Shown here piece after piece: positions 43,574-53,332 of a DNA stretch of 64,000 nt (within the stretch, counting starts at the first letter, position 1; every line of letters begins with the position of its first letter). The position numbers and the translations under genes are program-made. The notes under the pieces are model-generated. The model was not told the DNA's origin. It searched no databases and was given only the letters and a program-made list of their open reading frames with translations. Where the stretch lies: IMG/VR virus record IMGVR_UViG_3300033121_001571; one strand, given 5' to 3'. This DNA is from a virus. Its lineage: Duplodnaviria > Caudoviricetes.

Positions 43574-44528
43574 TCAATTCCTGTCTTGCTAAGTACTGCA
43601 AATCATAACAAACACTCTCAACATCTAAATCAGATATGTGTTCATCATGAAGCAGACGGTACAACGTAATCTTATCAATGTGAGGCTTATTTGTACCACA
43701 GGTATAATCAATCTTAAGCCGTGTCTGTTGAGTCAACATACTTCCATCTAAAAAAACTAATCTCCAATTCTGTTTTACGAGTTCAGCTTCGTCAATCACT
43801 CTCTTGTACAATTTAGAATCACTGATGTGCGTGTGACAATAATTCAACAGATCTTCTACCAAGACTGACTCTTGTGACGACAATATTGGAAACAGTTTAG
43901 AGACAGTCTTAAATCCAAATCCCTTCACTCCGGGAATGTTATCGCTTGGATCTCCACACAAACACTTTGCTAACGCAAAGTTCTGCGGAGTGATTCTGAA
44001 TTCATCAAATATGTTTTGTTCTGACACATACTTTTTCTTGTGAAAACTGTAGATCAGCGTGTTTTCATCTACTAATTGATAGAAATCTTTGTCAGAAGAT
44101 GCAATGATGTTTTTTTGTCCTCTCAGTGCATACTTGCAAAGATACGATATAACATCATCTGCTTCACACTCAGATGCATATAGTTGGTGAACTGGCAAAT
44201 TTTTCAAAAACTGGATAAGAATCACAGTCTGTCTTTGTCTGTTATCGTCTGTTGATGGAATATCTCCCTCGTAATAACGATTAAGTTTTTCTGGTTTTCT
44301 ATTCATCTTATATTCGCTAAAGATGCTTCTTCTCTTGGAAGACCCACCTCCTTCCCACGCGATAAAGACTTGCTTTGGTTTGATCTCTCTAATCAACTTT
44401 TGAAGAGTCTTGACATAACCAATAAAGCCTCCCATTGGTTCACCGTTAGCATCCATAGATGGAAATGCAGACCAAGATCTCAAAAACAGGTTTGCTGAAT
44501 CAATGATTAGGTTAGTAGAATCATTCAT
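43566..44528 (-). CDS. 5'-3' exonuclease/flap endonuclease (T4 RNase H-like)
   Basis: IIDSANLF, YKMNR, EADDVI, SSDKDFYQL, GDPSDNIPGVKGFG. Confidence 0.93.
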   Translation of the reverse strand: MNDSTNLIIDSANLFLRSWSAFPSMDANGEPMGGFIGYVKTLQKLIREIKPKQVFIAWEGGGSSKRRSIFSEYKMNRKPEKLNRYYEGDIPSTDDNRQRQTVILIQFLKNLPVHQLYASECEADDVISYLCKYALRGQKNIIASSDKDFYQLVDENTLIYSFHKKKYVSEQNIFDEFRITPQNFALAKCLCGDPSDNIPGVKGFGFKTVSKLFPILSSQESVLVEDLLNYCHTHISDSKLYKRVIDEAELVKQNWRLVFLDGSMLTQQTRLKIDYTCGTNKPHIDKITLYRLLHDEHISDLDVESVCYDLQYLARQELND

Positions 44529-44578
44529 TACATGTAAATTACAAATACTCAAACTGACGTACAGATAATTACACTTGC

Positions 44579-45193
44579 ATGAGTTCTCTGCTTTTAGAAT
44601 TTCTTTCGCTTTCATTAAATGAAATCAGAAGCAAAACATTTTCACTTAAAACATTCGAACAACTTCCCTCTAGAACGAAAATGATTGACTATGCAAACAG
44701 ACACTTGGTAAGAGCTGGATTGGGAACATCAAGAGCAACTTACATCTTATCTTCTAAGAAAGCGTTAAAGATTGCAAGAAATAACGCGGGTGTAGATCAA
44801 AACATAGCAGAGATAGTTGCATCTGCGAAGTTAAAAAGCGATTTGTTCCCGAAAGTTTATGATTTTGACGAAAATGGTAAATGGATCATTGCTGACTTAG
44901 TCAGACAGCTACGAAATACTGAAGAATTTACTGAAATCACTGGTTACACACCAGATGATTTTTTTAGTGATGTCACTCTTGGCGCAAGCTCTACAGAAGA
45001 ATTTGTAAAAGCATTTCCAAACACAACTCAAACAGGTATAGCATTGTTTGATGAACTATCTACAATACATAAATTAGATCCACAATTTGGAATGGATCTA
45101 GCTTATGATAACTGGGGTATAACTCCTGACAGACGTCTAGTGATGTTAGACTCTGGGATGACAAACAGCATCTACGAAAAATGGTACGAATGA
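44579..45193 (+). CDS. Protein-kinase-like protein
   Basis: GLGTSRATY, ALKIA, QNIAE, DLAYDNWG, MLDSG. Confidence 0.72.
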   Translation: MSSLLLEFLSLSLNEIRSKTFSLKTFEQLPSRTKMIDYANRHLVRAGLGTSRATYILSSKKALKIARNNAGVDQNIAEIVASAKLKSDLFPKVYDFDENGKWIIADLVRQLRNTEEFTEITGYTPDDFFSDVTLGASSTEEFVKAFPNTTQTGIALFDELSTIHKLDPQFGMDLAYDNWGITPDRRLVMLDSGMTNSIYEKWYE

Positions 45194-45885
45194 GACAGAC
45201 AATAACATTAAATGAGTTAAGAACGATCATATCGGATTCTTTGCTGCAAGAATCTGTTATTGACAAACTTAACGATGCTGTCAAAAATAAAGAATCTGAA
45301 GAAGACGCTGCAAAAAAATTGTTAGCTATCGCTAAAAAAAACTTACGAAAGATAGGTTTTGGATCATCAAGAGTATCTTATGCGCTTTCTTCAAAAAAGG
45401 TGCTAAAGATTGCACTAAATTCAAAAGGTTATATTCAGAACAGAGTTGAATTTTTGTTGTCAAACAAACAAGATATCAACAAACATGTCACAAAAGTTTT
45501 TGCAACAGCACCATATAACACTTTCAATTTCATAATCAGCGAACTTGTACGCCCAGCAAATATGCGTGACATCATCAATGTCACAGGCACAATTTTGAGT
45601 AAATTTTTAACATACGTCTATGACGTGAAAAATTCTCCAGAGATGGTTGAATACCTAACAAAAGAAAATAAAATAACACCACAAGGCCTAGAATTAGCTC
45701 AATGGTTGAGCAATCTAGAAGACAAATATGACGTATATATCACAGATCTTTACATGCCAGAACAATGGGGTATGACATCAGATCAGAAACTCGTGGTGTT
45801 AGACACAGGATTCACGGGAGAGACTTCGAACTTCTACGGGTCTTCTAGATATGAAAACGATTGGATCAGCCCGTTAGATGACTAA
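45181..45885 (+). CDS. Protein-kinase-like protein (paralog of the preceding gene)
   Basis: GFGSSRVSY, VLKIA, QNRVE, DLYMPEQWG, VLDTG. Confidence 0.72.
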   Translation: MVRMRQTITLNELRTIISDSLLQESVIDKLNDAVKNKESEEDAAKKLLAIAKKNLRKIGFGSSRVSYALSSKKVLKIALNSKGYIQNRVEFLLSNKQDINKHVTKVFATAPYNTFNFIISELVRPANMRDIINVTGTILSKFLTYVYDVKNSPEMVEYLTKENKITPQGLELAQWLSNLEDKYDVYITDLYMPEQWGMTSDQKLVVLDTGFTGETSNFYGSSRYENDWISPLDD

Positions 45886-47079
45886 TCACTCACTGACAAC
45901 TTCGTCTTGATCATCACTTTCTGATTCTTCATCATCACTTGCTGGTGATCCAAACTGTTTAGTCAAGGCTGTGTCAATGATTTTTTCAATGTAAGTCTTA
46001 TATAATGGATCTTTTCTGATTTGGTCAAATTCATCTTTTCTAAAAGACTTAGAAAGAATTTCTTCTCCCGTTTGGACATTCACAACTTCAAGTTTTTTCC
46101 AACCACCATCACCAGAAATCGAAAGTTTTTGATTGTTATGAACAACTGAATTCTTGTCACAATAAGCTCGCAATACATCAAACAATTCTTCATTTTCATC
46201 AATACCCACACCAAACAAGATTTTAAACTCAAACTTTTGAAATGGTGGGGCTACCTTGTTTTTCTTGATGTTAACAGTGACTTTAATGCCAATCTCATTT
46301 CCTGCTTTGTCTTTTACTGGTGACCCTGAACCTAATCTTATTCTCACAGAAGCGTGAAATGGAATTGCACGACCGCCAGGAACAAAATTTGGATCGCCGT
46401 GCATAACTCCTATGCTTGTTTTTAACTGGTTGATACAGATCAAAGTGATGTTATTTTTAGCCAAGACACCAGATATCTTTCTCATACACTTCGCAATGAC
46501 TCTAGCTTGAAGACCCATTGTGTCTTTGTCATATTCACCCTCTAGTTCTGCTTTTGGTGACGTAGCTGCAACGCTGTCCCAAATCACTAAAATTGGAACA
46601 TTTTTATCAATGATCTGCTTTGCTTTTTCAATAGTGCTTTCCATGATATGGAACACTTCTTCTGTACAGTGAGTATCAACATAAACAAATCTCTTGCTAA
46701 CATCAACACCCATCTTTGCTAACTTGTCTACGGGTGTAGCATTTTCTGTGTCAATATAAACAACTAAACCTCCCAAACTTTGAACATATGACGCAGCGTT
46801 ATATGCTAAGTGTGACTTGCCAGAACTTGGAAGTCCTGATATCTCAATGACTCTTCCTTCTGGATAACCGCCTCCTGCTGCGTTCCTGATCGCGTAATTT
46901 AACTGAACAGAACCCGTGTCTAACCACCTTTTGACAATAGTTGGTGCTTCTGCCTCAGACAAGTTATAAGCAACCCTGAGTCCCATCTCTTTGTTGATAT
47001 CCTTTATCAACTGAGATGTAAAATCATCTACTGCCTTGTTCTCTTTTTCTTTTTTAGACACGTTTCCTCTTGTTTGCAA
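45886..47079 (-). CDS. recA: RecA/UvsX recombinase
   Basis: GRVIEISGLPSSGKS, YIDTENA, WDSVAA, GLQAR, INQL, PGGRAIPFHASVR, KNKVAPPF. Confidence 0.95.
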   Translation of the reverse strand: MQTRGNVSKKEKENKAVDDFTSQLIKDINKEMGLRVAYNLSEAEAPTIVKRWLDTGSVQLNYAIRNAAGGGYPEGRVIEISGLPSSGKSHLAYNAASYVQSLGGLVVYIDTENATPVDKLAKMGVDVSKRFVYVDTHCTEEVFHIMESTIEKAKQIIDKNVPILVIWDSVAATSPKAELEGEYDKDTMGLQARVIAKCMRKISGVLAKNNITLICINQLKTSIGVMHGDPNFVPGGRAIPFHASVRIRLGSGSPVKDKAGNEIGIKVTVNIKKNKVAPPFQKFEFKILFGVGIDENEELFDVLRAYCDKNSVVHNNQKLSISGDGGWKKLEVVNVQTGEEILSKSFRKDEFDQIRKDPLYKTYIEKIIDTALTKQFGSPASDDEESESDDQDEVVSE

Positions 47080-47142
47080 AAATAAATGCTAGTGAGACCA
47101 ACGGCTTCTATGACGTTGGTCTCTTTTTCAAGTGACTACTTT

Positions 47143-48006
47143 TCAGTCTTTTTCAAGATCTTCAAAAGCAGCATCTAACGACATAGTCTTTTTAGGCGCA
47201 GCATCGAGGTCTACAACAGGACTCTTCTTCTTTTTATCCTGTTTTAGTTCTGACTCAAGCTTATCTACAAGATCAAGTTTCTTCTCGCTTGACTTATCAG
47301 TATAAGAACCATCAGAAGCAAATGAAGATGGACTTCCCGCTTCTAGCCACTTATTCAAGATGTCTTCAATTTCGCTCTCTGTCTTAGTATTAAACCTGTA
47401 CAGAGGCATGATATCATCAGGTACTGACTGAAGCCACTTGTTCATCTCATCAACGTCTTTAGAAAGCGGAGATGAACTTCTTGCAACGTCAACAGACAGA
47501 TCAAGGGCACTTTTTCCCTTTGCTTGTGTGGCTTTCACCTTAAGATCAAGACCACTTTTTGGATCCATGATGTCTGCTTGTATCTCTTCATCCAAGTAGA
47601 ATCCTAGCATTCTTTGCATTATTGTCTTGCTGAATGTCCATATCTGGACGCCTAGTTGTGGAGCATCACGATCAATGATCGCAGCGTGACTTCTCAATTT
47701 TGGATTGAGTTGCTTTGCAATCTGCTTGTCTTCATCTTTTCCAGATGAATAAAGTTTCTTCTGCAGATCATAAATTGGATCTGGTTTTCCAAATTGCTTT
47801 GGAGCTACTATTGACTCACCACCAACATAATAGATCCAAAGATCTTTGAAAGGTGTGCCATCTTCTGTAGACTTCCAGGGCACACACCTGATTTTATACT
47901 CGCCTACTGTCTGACACTTCTTCCACTTTTGGAGCTTGTTTGCGTTTTTTGTTGAAAAATCGAATTCTTGCAACTTCTTTCGAATTGCATCTAAGTTTAC
48001 TGCCAT
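47143..48006 (-). CDS. Single-stranded DNA-binding protein (T4 gp32-like)
   Basis: Typical context, GKPDPI and DP..G.D motifs, acidic C-terminus LDAAFEDL. Confidence 0.8.
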   Translation of the reverse strand: MAVNLDAIRKKLQEFDFSTKNANKLQKWKKCQTVGEYKIRCVPWKSTEDGTPFKDLWIYYVGGESIVAPKQFGKPDPIYDLQKKLYSSGKDEDKQIAKQLNPKLRSHAAIIDRDAPQLGVQIWTFSKTIMQRMLGFYLDEEIQADIMDPKSGLDLKVKATQAKGKSALDLSVDVARSSSPLSKDVDEMNKWLQSVPDDIMPLYRFNTKTESEIEDILNKWLEAGSPSSFASDGSYTDKSSEKKLDLVDKLESELKQDKKKKSPVVDLDAAPKKTMSLDAAFEDLEKD

Positions 48007-48030
48007 GTTTTCCTTTTTTTGTTTGAACGA

Positions 48031-48309
48031 TTACGTCTTTTTAGACTTTTTTTCGTAACTATTTTTTCGTTTGTTGGCATTGACATCATCAGCAGATGCG
48101 CCTAATGGTGCCATGTAGCCCATTATAGCGCCAACTCCTGAAAATTCGTCAACATTTTGTTTCTGATCTAATCTGTCTTTGTCGTCTTTTTTTGTGCTCT
48201 TAGCACTTTTGACAGAGTTAGATTTTGACACTAACTGCTGAGGAACTCTTGCATTAGCTTGCTCACTTAAAAGCAAGTCAAGATATTCCTTGAGAAGTGT
48301 CAAATCCAT
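48031..48309 (-). CDS. Hypothetical protein
   Basis: DEFSGVGAIMGYMAPLG; TATTTA upstream. Confidence 0.7.
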   Translation of the reverse strand: MDLTLLKEYLDLLLSEQANARVPQQLVSKSNSVKSAKSTKKDDKDRLDQKQNVDEFSGVGAIMGYMAPLGASADDVNANKRKNSYEKKSKKT

Positions 48310-48332
48310 CGCTTATAAATATACTGCCAACT

Positions 48333-48929
48333 TCAAATTTGACCCTTTTCTTGCTTAGTAGCAATAAGATCAGATAAATGAACTATCGTAGCAAGCTTTG
48401 GTTCTTTCATACTATATTTCTTATTTGCGTCCTCGTACATACCGTCATTCAATAAAATTGCAAGATACTCTTCTTGAGAAAGAGTAACGTTAAAATGTTG
48501 ACACAACCACAGAGATCTGTGTGGCACTAACATATATTTCAAATTCTCATTAACTGCATAGTCTTCTCCAAGTTTTTGACGACGCCATTCTTCTGCAGGA
48601 ACATAATAATCGTTTGTCAAATCACCAGCTTTTCCAATATCATGAAACAACGATGTTAATATGACTGAATCCTTCATAGATTTCCACTCTGATTGTTCAC
48701 AATAAGATTTCATCATCACTACAGCATTCTTACACACTCTAAGAGAGTGATCGACTAAACCGCCAGCAAACGAATTATGATAAGAACGCTTACTAGACGC
48801 GGGACACAGAGCAAGTCTCTCACCAAAATGATCAACTAACTTAAGTGCAGATTCAGATCGATCACCAATCTTAGAAAGAAGATCTCTAAATTGATTAAAG
48901 TTTTCAGTGATCTCTTCAGCAGTCAGCAT
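48333..48929 (-). CDS. HD-domain phosphohydrolase (YhaM-like)
   Basis: PAS...YHNSFAGGLVDHSL...LFHDIGK...HLSD. Confidence 0.88.
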   Translation of the reverse strand: MLTAEEITENFNQFRDLLSKIGDRSESALKLVDHFGERLALCPASSKRSYHNSFAGGLVDHSLRVCKNAVVMMKSYCEQSEWKSMKDSVILTSLFHDIGKAGDLTNDYYVPAEEWRRQKLGEDYAVNENLKYMLVPHRSLWLCQHFNVTLSQEEYLAILLNDGMYEDANKKYSMKEPKLATIVHLSDLIATKQEKGQI

Positions 48930-48953
48930 GTAGTAAGTTTACTATGCAGTGGT

Positions 48954-50156
48954 TTAAAGTTCAAGCTCAGTTATCTTCAGAGGAAATGCTTGAACGTATC
49001 TCTTAGTCTTCACAAAATCAATTGACTTAACAAGATCAACAAATTCTCGTGGTACATCTACATACATAGCATCATGCACAAAAAATAAAGGTCTGATCTT
49101 TTTAGAGATCTGCTCATACTGTTTAATCAAACCAGCAAATCCAAGCAAGACAACATCTACGCCAGAAGACTGTGCAAAATAGTTAACTAAAACATGGTCT
49201 TTTATATCATCAACAAAGATAGGCCGGCCGAAAGCATTCATCACATAACTGTCATCTGCAACTTGTTGTTTCAAACGTTTCACAAGTTTTTTAGTCTTAA
49301 ACGTTGATTTTGCAAATTCATACAACCTACTCTCTTCTGGCAAGAATTCACTACTCTTACCGCTTCCATAGATCTCAGAAATGATGATCTCTTTAATCTT
49401 GCTTCTATCTAACGACGTTACTTGCGCTCTTTCAGCAACCCACGAATACAGATCACTTGAGTTACAAGTACCATTAGCTTCATATAAACATATTCTTGGT
49501 TCAAGTTCTGAAAAATCTACACTTAAAATCACACCATCATCATAGACTGATCTCAGTAATCTTGCTCTGTGTTCTTTCTTTAGAGTCAAAACGTGTGGGC
49601 CAGACATCACTGTTAACCTTCCTGTCAAAGTGTTCATTCTGTCATATTCCACTCTACCAACAAATCCATTTTCATCTGGCAAAAATGTCTTAAGAGATGC
49701 AACGTTCCCATCACGAGCTTGCACAAGATCTCTAAGCACAGACTTATCAACACGTATAGACTTAAGAGCCTGAAGAGACGGTGTTTCTTTCACCCACGTG
49801 CCCTCATAATAATGTTTTGAAACCTTGGGTAGGGTAACCATTAACCTATCCACAAGATTTTTCGTGAAGTCTCTGTGTGCTTTCTGTGAAACGTACTTAC
49901 TCCACACAGAACTTCTTGTAGCACCCAATTGTGACAACATACGATTTATGTTTGATGGAATATCAAACAACATGTCTTGCCTGTAAAGTTTTAAAATTGT
50001 GTTAAGACAATCAGAAGCATTCTGATCGTGATACGTTTTTAAGACATAAAAATCTCTTGGAACGTTTTCTGTCCAATAAAAACTCTCAGGTGATTCACTG
50101 TTAAAACACAAGCTCTTCTCTGTTCCCAACAGAGTGTTAGATACACAAACATTCAC
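48954..50156 (-). CDS. Short PolA-family polymerase domain protein
   Basis: TGRL, DFSELEPR (motif A), K...IYG (motif B), NYFAQS, FVHDA (motif C). Confidence 0.82.
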   Translation of the reverse strand: MNVCVSNTLLGTEKSLCFNSESPESFYWTENVPRDFYVLKTYHDQNASDCLNTILKLYRQDMLFDIPSNINRMLSQLGATRSSVWSKYVSQKAHRDFTKNLVDRLMVTLPKVSKHYYEGTWVKETPSLQALKSIRVDKSVLRDLVQARDGNVASLKTFLPDENGFVGRVEYDRMNTLTGRLTVMSGPHVLTLKKEHRARLLRSVYDDGVILSVDFSELEPRICLYEANGTCNSSDLYSWVAERAQVTSLDRSKIKEIIISEIYGSGKSSEFLPEESRLYEFAKSTFKTKKLVKRLKQQVADDSYVMNAFGRPIFVDDIKDHVLVNYFAQSSGVDVVLLGFAGLIKQYEQISKKIRPLFFVHDAMYVDVPREFVDLVKSIDFVKTKRYVQAFPLKITELEL

Positions 50157-50190
50157 TTTGAATTAGTACAACAAAAAGTGCAAAATTACA

Positions 50191-53043
50191 TCACTTCTTC
50201 GTGGGTAACTGTGAAGGTATACTCTTGATAACATCCAACACGTTTGGTGCACCTTCAAACACTCCGTATGCATCGTAGTAACCCCACGTCCATTGTGTTT
50301 CGAATTTTCCAGGCGTTATAGTGTGAGTCAATCCAGTGACAACATACAAGTTATCTATTGAAGTTCCTGTATTAAAATCAACAAAAAATATCTGTGCCAT
50401 CTGTGCTAACGGACAACCAAGCGTAGACATAGAAAGTGTCGCTGGAATGACTCTTAACGGCAATCCAGAAACACCGGATCCATTTGGCATAATCACGTTC
50501 TTGGCACTGTTTGATCTAAGCATGTTTACAGTGCTAAGCAACGCATCTGCTTTTGATGATAAGTTTGCAGACACTATCGTACTTCCATTTGCACCATATG
50601 TTATGGAAGGAACCATCTTTGAAACAACATCTTTAATTTGACGAACATTTGAAAATTGCGTCAGCTTGATCTTACCAGTCTTTGCATCTAACGTGATTTG
50701 GTTGTTGATTGCGTCTAAGTTTAGAATAGACGACTGTGTTAGTGACTTTTGATCAATGAATTTCTTCGCATAGTCAGTTGACCCCACTTCTATAAATGTC
50801 TTTTCATTTGCATTTTTCAAGATAGTTGCTGCTGCTTTGTGAGGATTAGCTTGTTTATCATAGACGTGAATCCTCATAATTTTTCTGAGTTGTTGACCTT
50901 TTAACTGGTTGTCAAACAACATAGTCGCATCTTTTGCAGAATAAGCAAGAGTCAATAACACATCAGAATCGCCGACTTGCGTGGGACGTTCGTGTGTTGT
51001 TTCAACGTACATCTCTATGACTGGCTTTTTGAAGGGCCCATATCTACTGTTCATTGCAGACAGCGCATTTTCAAAATCTTTTTCTTTGTTCTTCAAAATA
51101 GAAGCATCTTTGTTTTTTGGATCGTATGGTTCATAATAACTTCGTAATCCGTAACCTATCGCACGGTTGTCTAAGACTTGTGCATTGATAACAAGTCTCA
51201 AAAATTCTTCTAGCGTGATCTTCTCCCCACCACGTCTGATGACGTGGTCTCTATACTGATCTAAAAATACTTGAAGATCAATAGGAAACTCAGCGATGCT
51301 GTGTCCAGAAACAGGCCCGCACTGGTCATTTAAAACGTAAAATAACAACTGTAGTTCATCAACAGCGTCAGCACTAGTCATACATTGACCAACAAAAACA
51401 GAAAATAACTTTCCAAATGAGACAACGCCTCGATTAAACTCTTTTACGTTGTTGTTTTTGTTATCATTTTTGTATTTAGCGATCTCTGCTAACAGCGGTG
51501 AATCAACAACAGAAGAATTGTGATCACCGGGCAAAAATGGATCAGGCCCGGAGATAAGCTCTTGAAACTTTTTTCTAACGTTGTCAGCAACTTTTGTTTC
51601 ATACCTAGCTTTAAGATCAAACTTTGTTTTTGACTGATCTTGTTTGTACAGTTTGTTGAGAGCGTCGATAAGTTTTTTCACAGTTGCTGGATCTTTACTG
51701 TCTTTCATATGTTTAAGAGTGTCTATAGCTTGTGAAACATCACTAGGTTTCCAATCTGGAAACTCTCCGATCTCAGCTGAATCTAGAACTTGATGAATTC
51801 TGATCTCTTTGTTAATTCCTTCTGGCGGATCTAGTTTTAACTTCTTTCTATACGAAGAGATATCTTCAGATAACTGTTGTATGTCATCTAATAACTTCTG
51901 CGCATCGCCACGAGTGTCTGATATTTTTAAAGAACGTAGTTCTGAAACGCCTTTTGTATACAATTCTACTCCTATAGACACTTGCCCAACTTGATCAAAA
52001 TTAAAACTTGTGTTTATGATTCCATACGCTTCTCTGACCATCATGTTGTTGTTGATATATTCGAAATATAGATTACCTGTGTTAACAGGTGCTCTCCACC
52101 CATAAGTTACCCAAATAGTAACGTTAGAATACGATCTAGGTCTAAGCAAGTCACTTATCTCTGCGAGTCTAGATCTGTCGTGTAGTTTTAGTTGTAAGTG
52201 CGCTTTCTTATATGAATATGTTCCTACTGCTGGCGTAACTGTCACACTGAAATTTTCAATGCTAGCAAATGGTCTGAATGGATCTAGTATTTCATTGTAC
52301 CTATCACCTTGTGCTTGAGCATTTGGTCTTGGTGACACCATTGTAACAGGCGACGTAAACATCTCAACGCCAGCATAATCAACTTCAATTCCATTTGATG
52401 TGACTTGCTTTCCCTGAAGCATAGCCTTATCAGCAGACGACATGTTTTTAACATCAACATTACCTAACAAAAATCTTAATTGACTCATAGGTGGTAATGC
52501 ACCGTTAGGTTCTCTAGAAACTTGGAATTCTACATCAAGATATGGTACAAGACTAGACACCACAACATTTGGCATACTGTTGAGAAATGTCTCAATTCTT
52601 TTAGTGTGTCTATTTGCTGGATGTAGGAATGGTGCCTTAGACGAAAAAAGCAACACTGGTTTCTTGAGATCAAAGTCTTTGCCGATTATCAAACCAGCAT
52701 CTGAAATTGTCTTGAGGTTTTTCCCGTCTAAGTACTTGTCTGCACCTTTTGCACCAAAAAACTTTTGTGATCCAACGTTAGTGTAGATCGTAAATCGATT
52801 TTCAAGATCTTGTTTGTTGATTGGGTCAGCGCCAGTAGAAAGATCAGTCAAATTTTTGACAAAATCTTCACTCTTGTAAACTCCGTGAGCGTCATTTTCA
52901 ATTAGTCTGCTAAGACGCTTTAGAGGTTTATCAAACTCTTCAAGAGGGCCACCTAAATCAACATCAACACCTGATGCCATATCAATAGGCACCATCATAG
53001 AATTGATCTGTTCTAGCGTTGAAAATTTAGTCATTTTATCCAA
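50191..53043 (-). CDS. Putative baseplate hub/tail protein
   Basis: 950 aa; C-terminal GCP......FFVDFNTGTSIDNLYVVTGLTHTITPGKFET; tail-module context. Confidence 0.65.
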   Translation of the reverse strand: MDKMTKFSTLEQINSMMVPIDMASGVDVDLGGPLEEFDKPLKRLSRLIENDAHGVYKSEDFVKNLTDLSTGADPINKQDLENRFTIYTNVGSQKFFGAKGADKYLDGKNLKTISDAGLIIGKDFDLKKPVLLFSSKAPFLHPANRHTKRIETFLNSMPNVVVSSLVPYLDVEFQVSREPNGALPPMSQLRFLLGNVDVKNMSSADKAMLQGKQVTSNGIEVDYAGVEMFTSPVTMVSPRPNAQAQGDRYNEILDPFRPFASIENFSVTVTPAVGTYSYKKAHLQLKLHDRSRLAEISDLLRPRSYSNVTIWVTYGWRAPVNTGNLYFEYINNNMMVREAYGIINTSFNFDQVGQVSIGVELYTKGVSELRSLKISDTRGDAQKLLDDIQQLSEDISSYRKKLKLDPPEGINKEIRIHQVLDSAEIGEFPDWKPSDVSQAIDTLKHMKDSKDPATVKKLIDALNKLYKQDQSKTKFDLKARYETKVADNVRKKFQELISGPDPFLPGDHNSSVVDSPLLAEIAKYKNDNKNNNVKEFNRGVVSFGKLFSVFVGQCMTSADAVDELQLLFYVLNDQCGPVSGHSIAEFPIDLQVFLDQYRDHVIRRGGEKITLEEFLRLVINAQVLDNRAIGYGLRSYYEPYDPKNKDASILKNKEKDFENALSAMNSRYGPFKKPVIEMYVETTHERPTQVGDSDVLLTLAYSAKDATMLFDNQLKGQQLRKIMRIHVYDKQANPHKAAATILKNANEKTFIEVGSTDYAKKFIDQKSLTQSSILNLDAINNQITLDAKTGKIKLTQFSNVRQIKDVVSKMVPSITYGANGSTIVSANLSSKADALLSTVNMLRSNSAKNVIMPNGSGVSGLPLRVIPATLSMSTLGCPLAQMAQIFFVDFNTGTSIDNLYVVTGLTHTITPGKFETQWTWGYYDAYGVFEGAPNVLDVIKSIPSQLPTKK

Positions 53044-53329
53044 TCAAAGCTGCGACTTCACTCAAGTCAGGAATTTTAACAAGTGTTCCTGCTGGAACTT
53101 GTAATCCCCATCCAATGTCACTAGCAGCTGCAAGAATCCACCAATATCTAGCATCGTTGTAAACAACGCCAGCTACCGTGTCAAGTCTTTCTGCACCACG
53201 GAGAACGATCTCTTTTGTAGAAATTCTGTTATTTTTTACTGCACTTCGAATCGCTTGAATAGTTTTTGATGTACCAAATTGTGAACCAAAGTCAATGATC
53301 GAAGTTCGAGAGTATCTGCTGAATGCCAT
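53036..53329 (-). CDS. LysM-like baseplate wedge protein (gp53/tail X-like)
   Basis: ERLDTVAGVVYNDARYWWILAAAS.IG...VPAGTLVKIP. Confidence 0.82.
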   Translation of the reverse strand: MAFSRYSRTSIIDFGSQFGTSKTIQAIRSAVKNNRISTKEIVLRGAERLDTVAGVVYNDARYWWILAAASDIGWGLQVPAGTLVKIPDLSEVAALIG

Positions 53330-53332
53330 GTG

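Noticed and set aside
39610-47079. Inteins in NrdJ, helicase or RecA (common intein hosts)
   Set aside because: These proteins are of normal length with contiguous motifs. In this window inteins are confined to dnaE.
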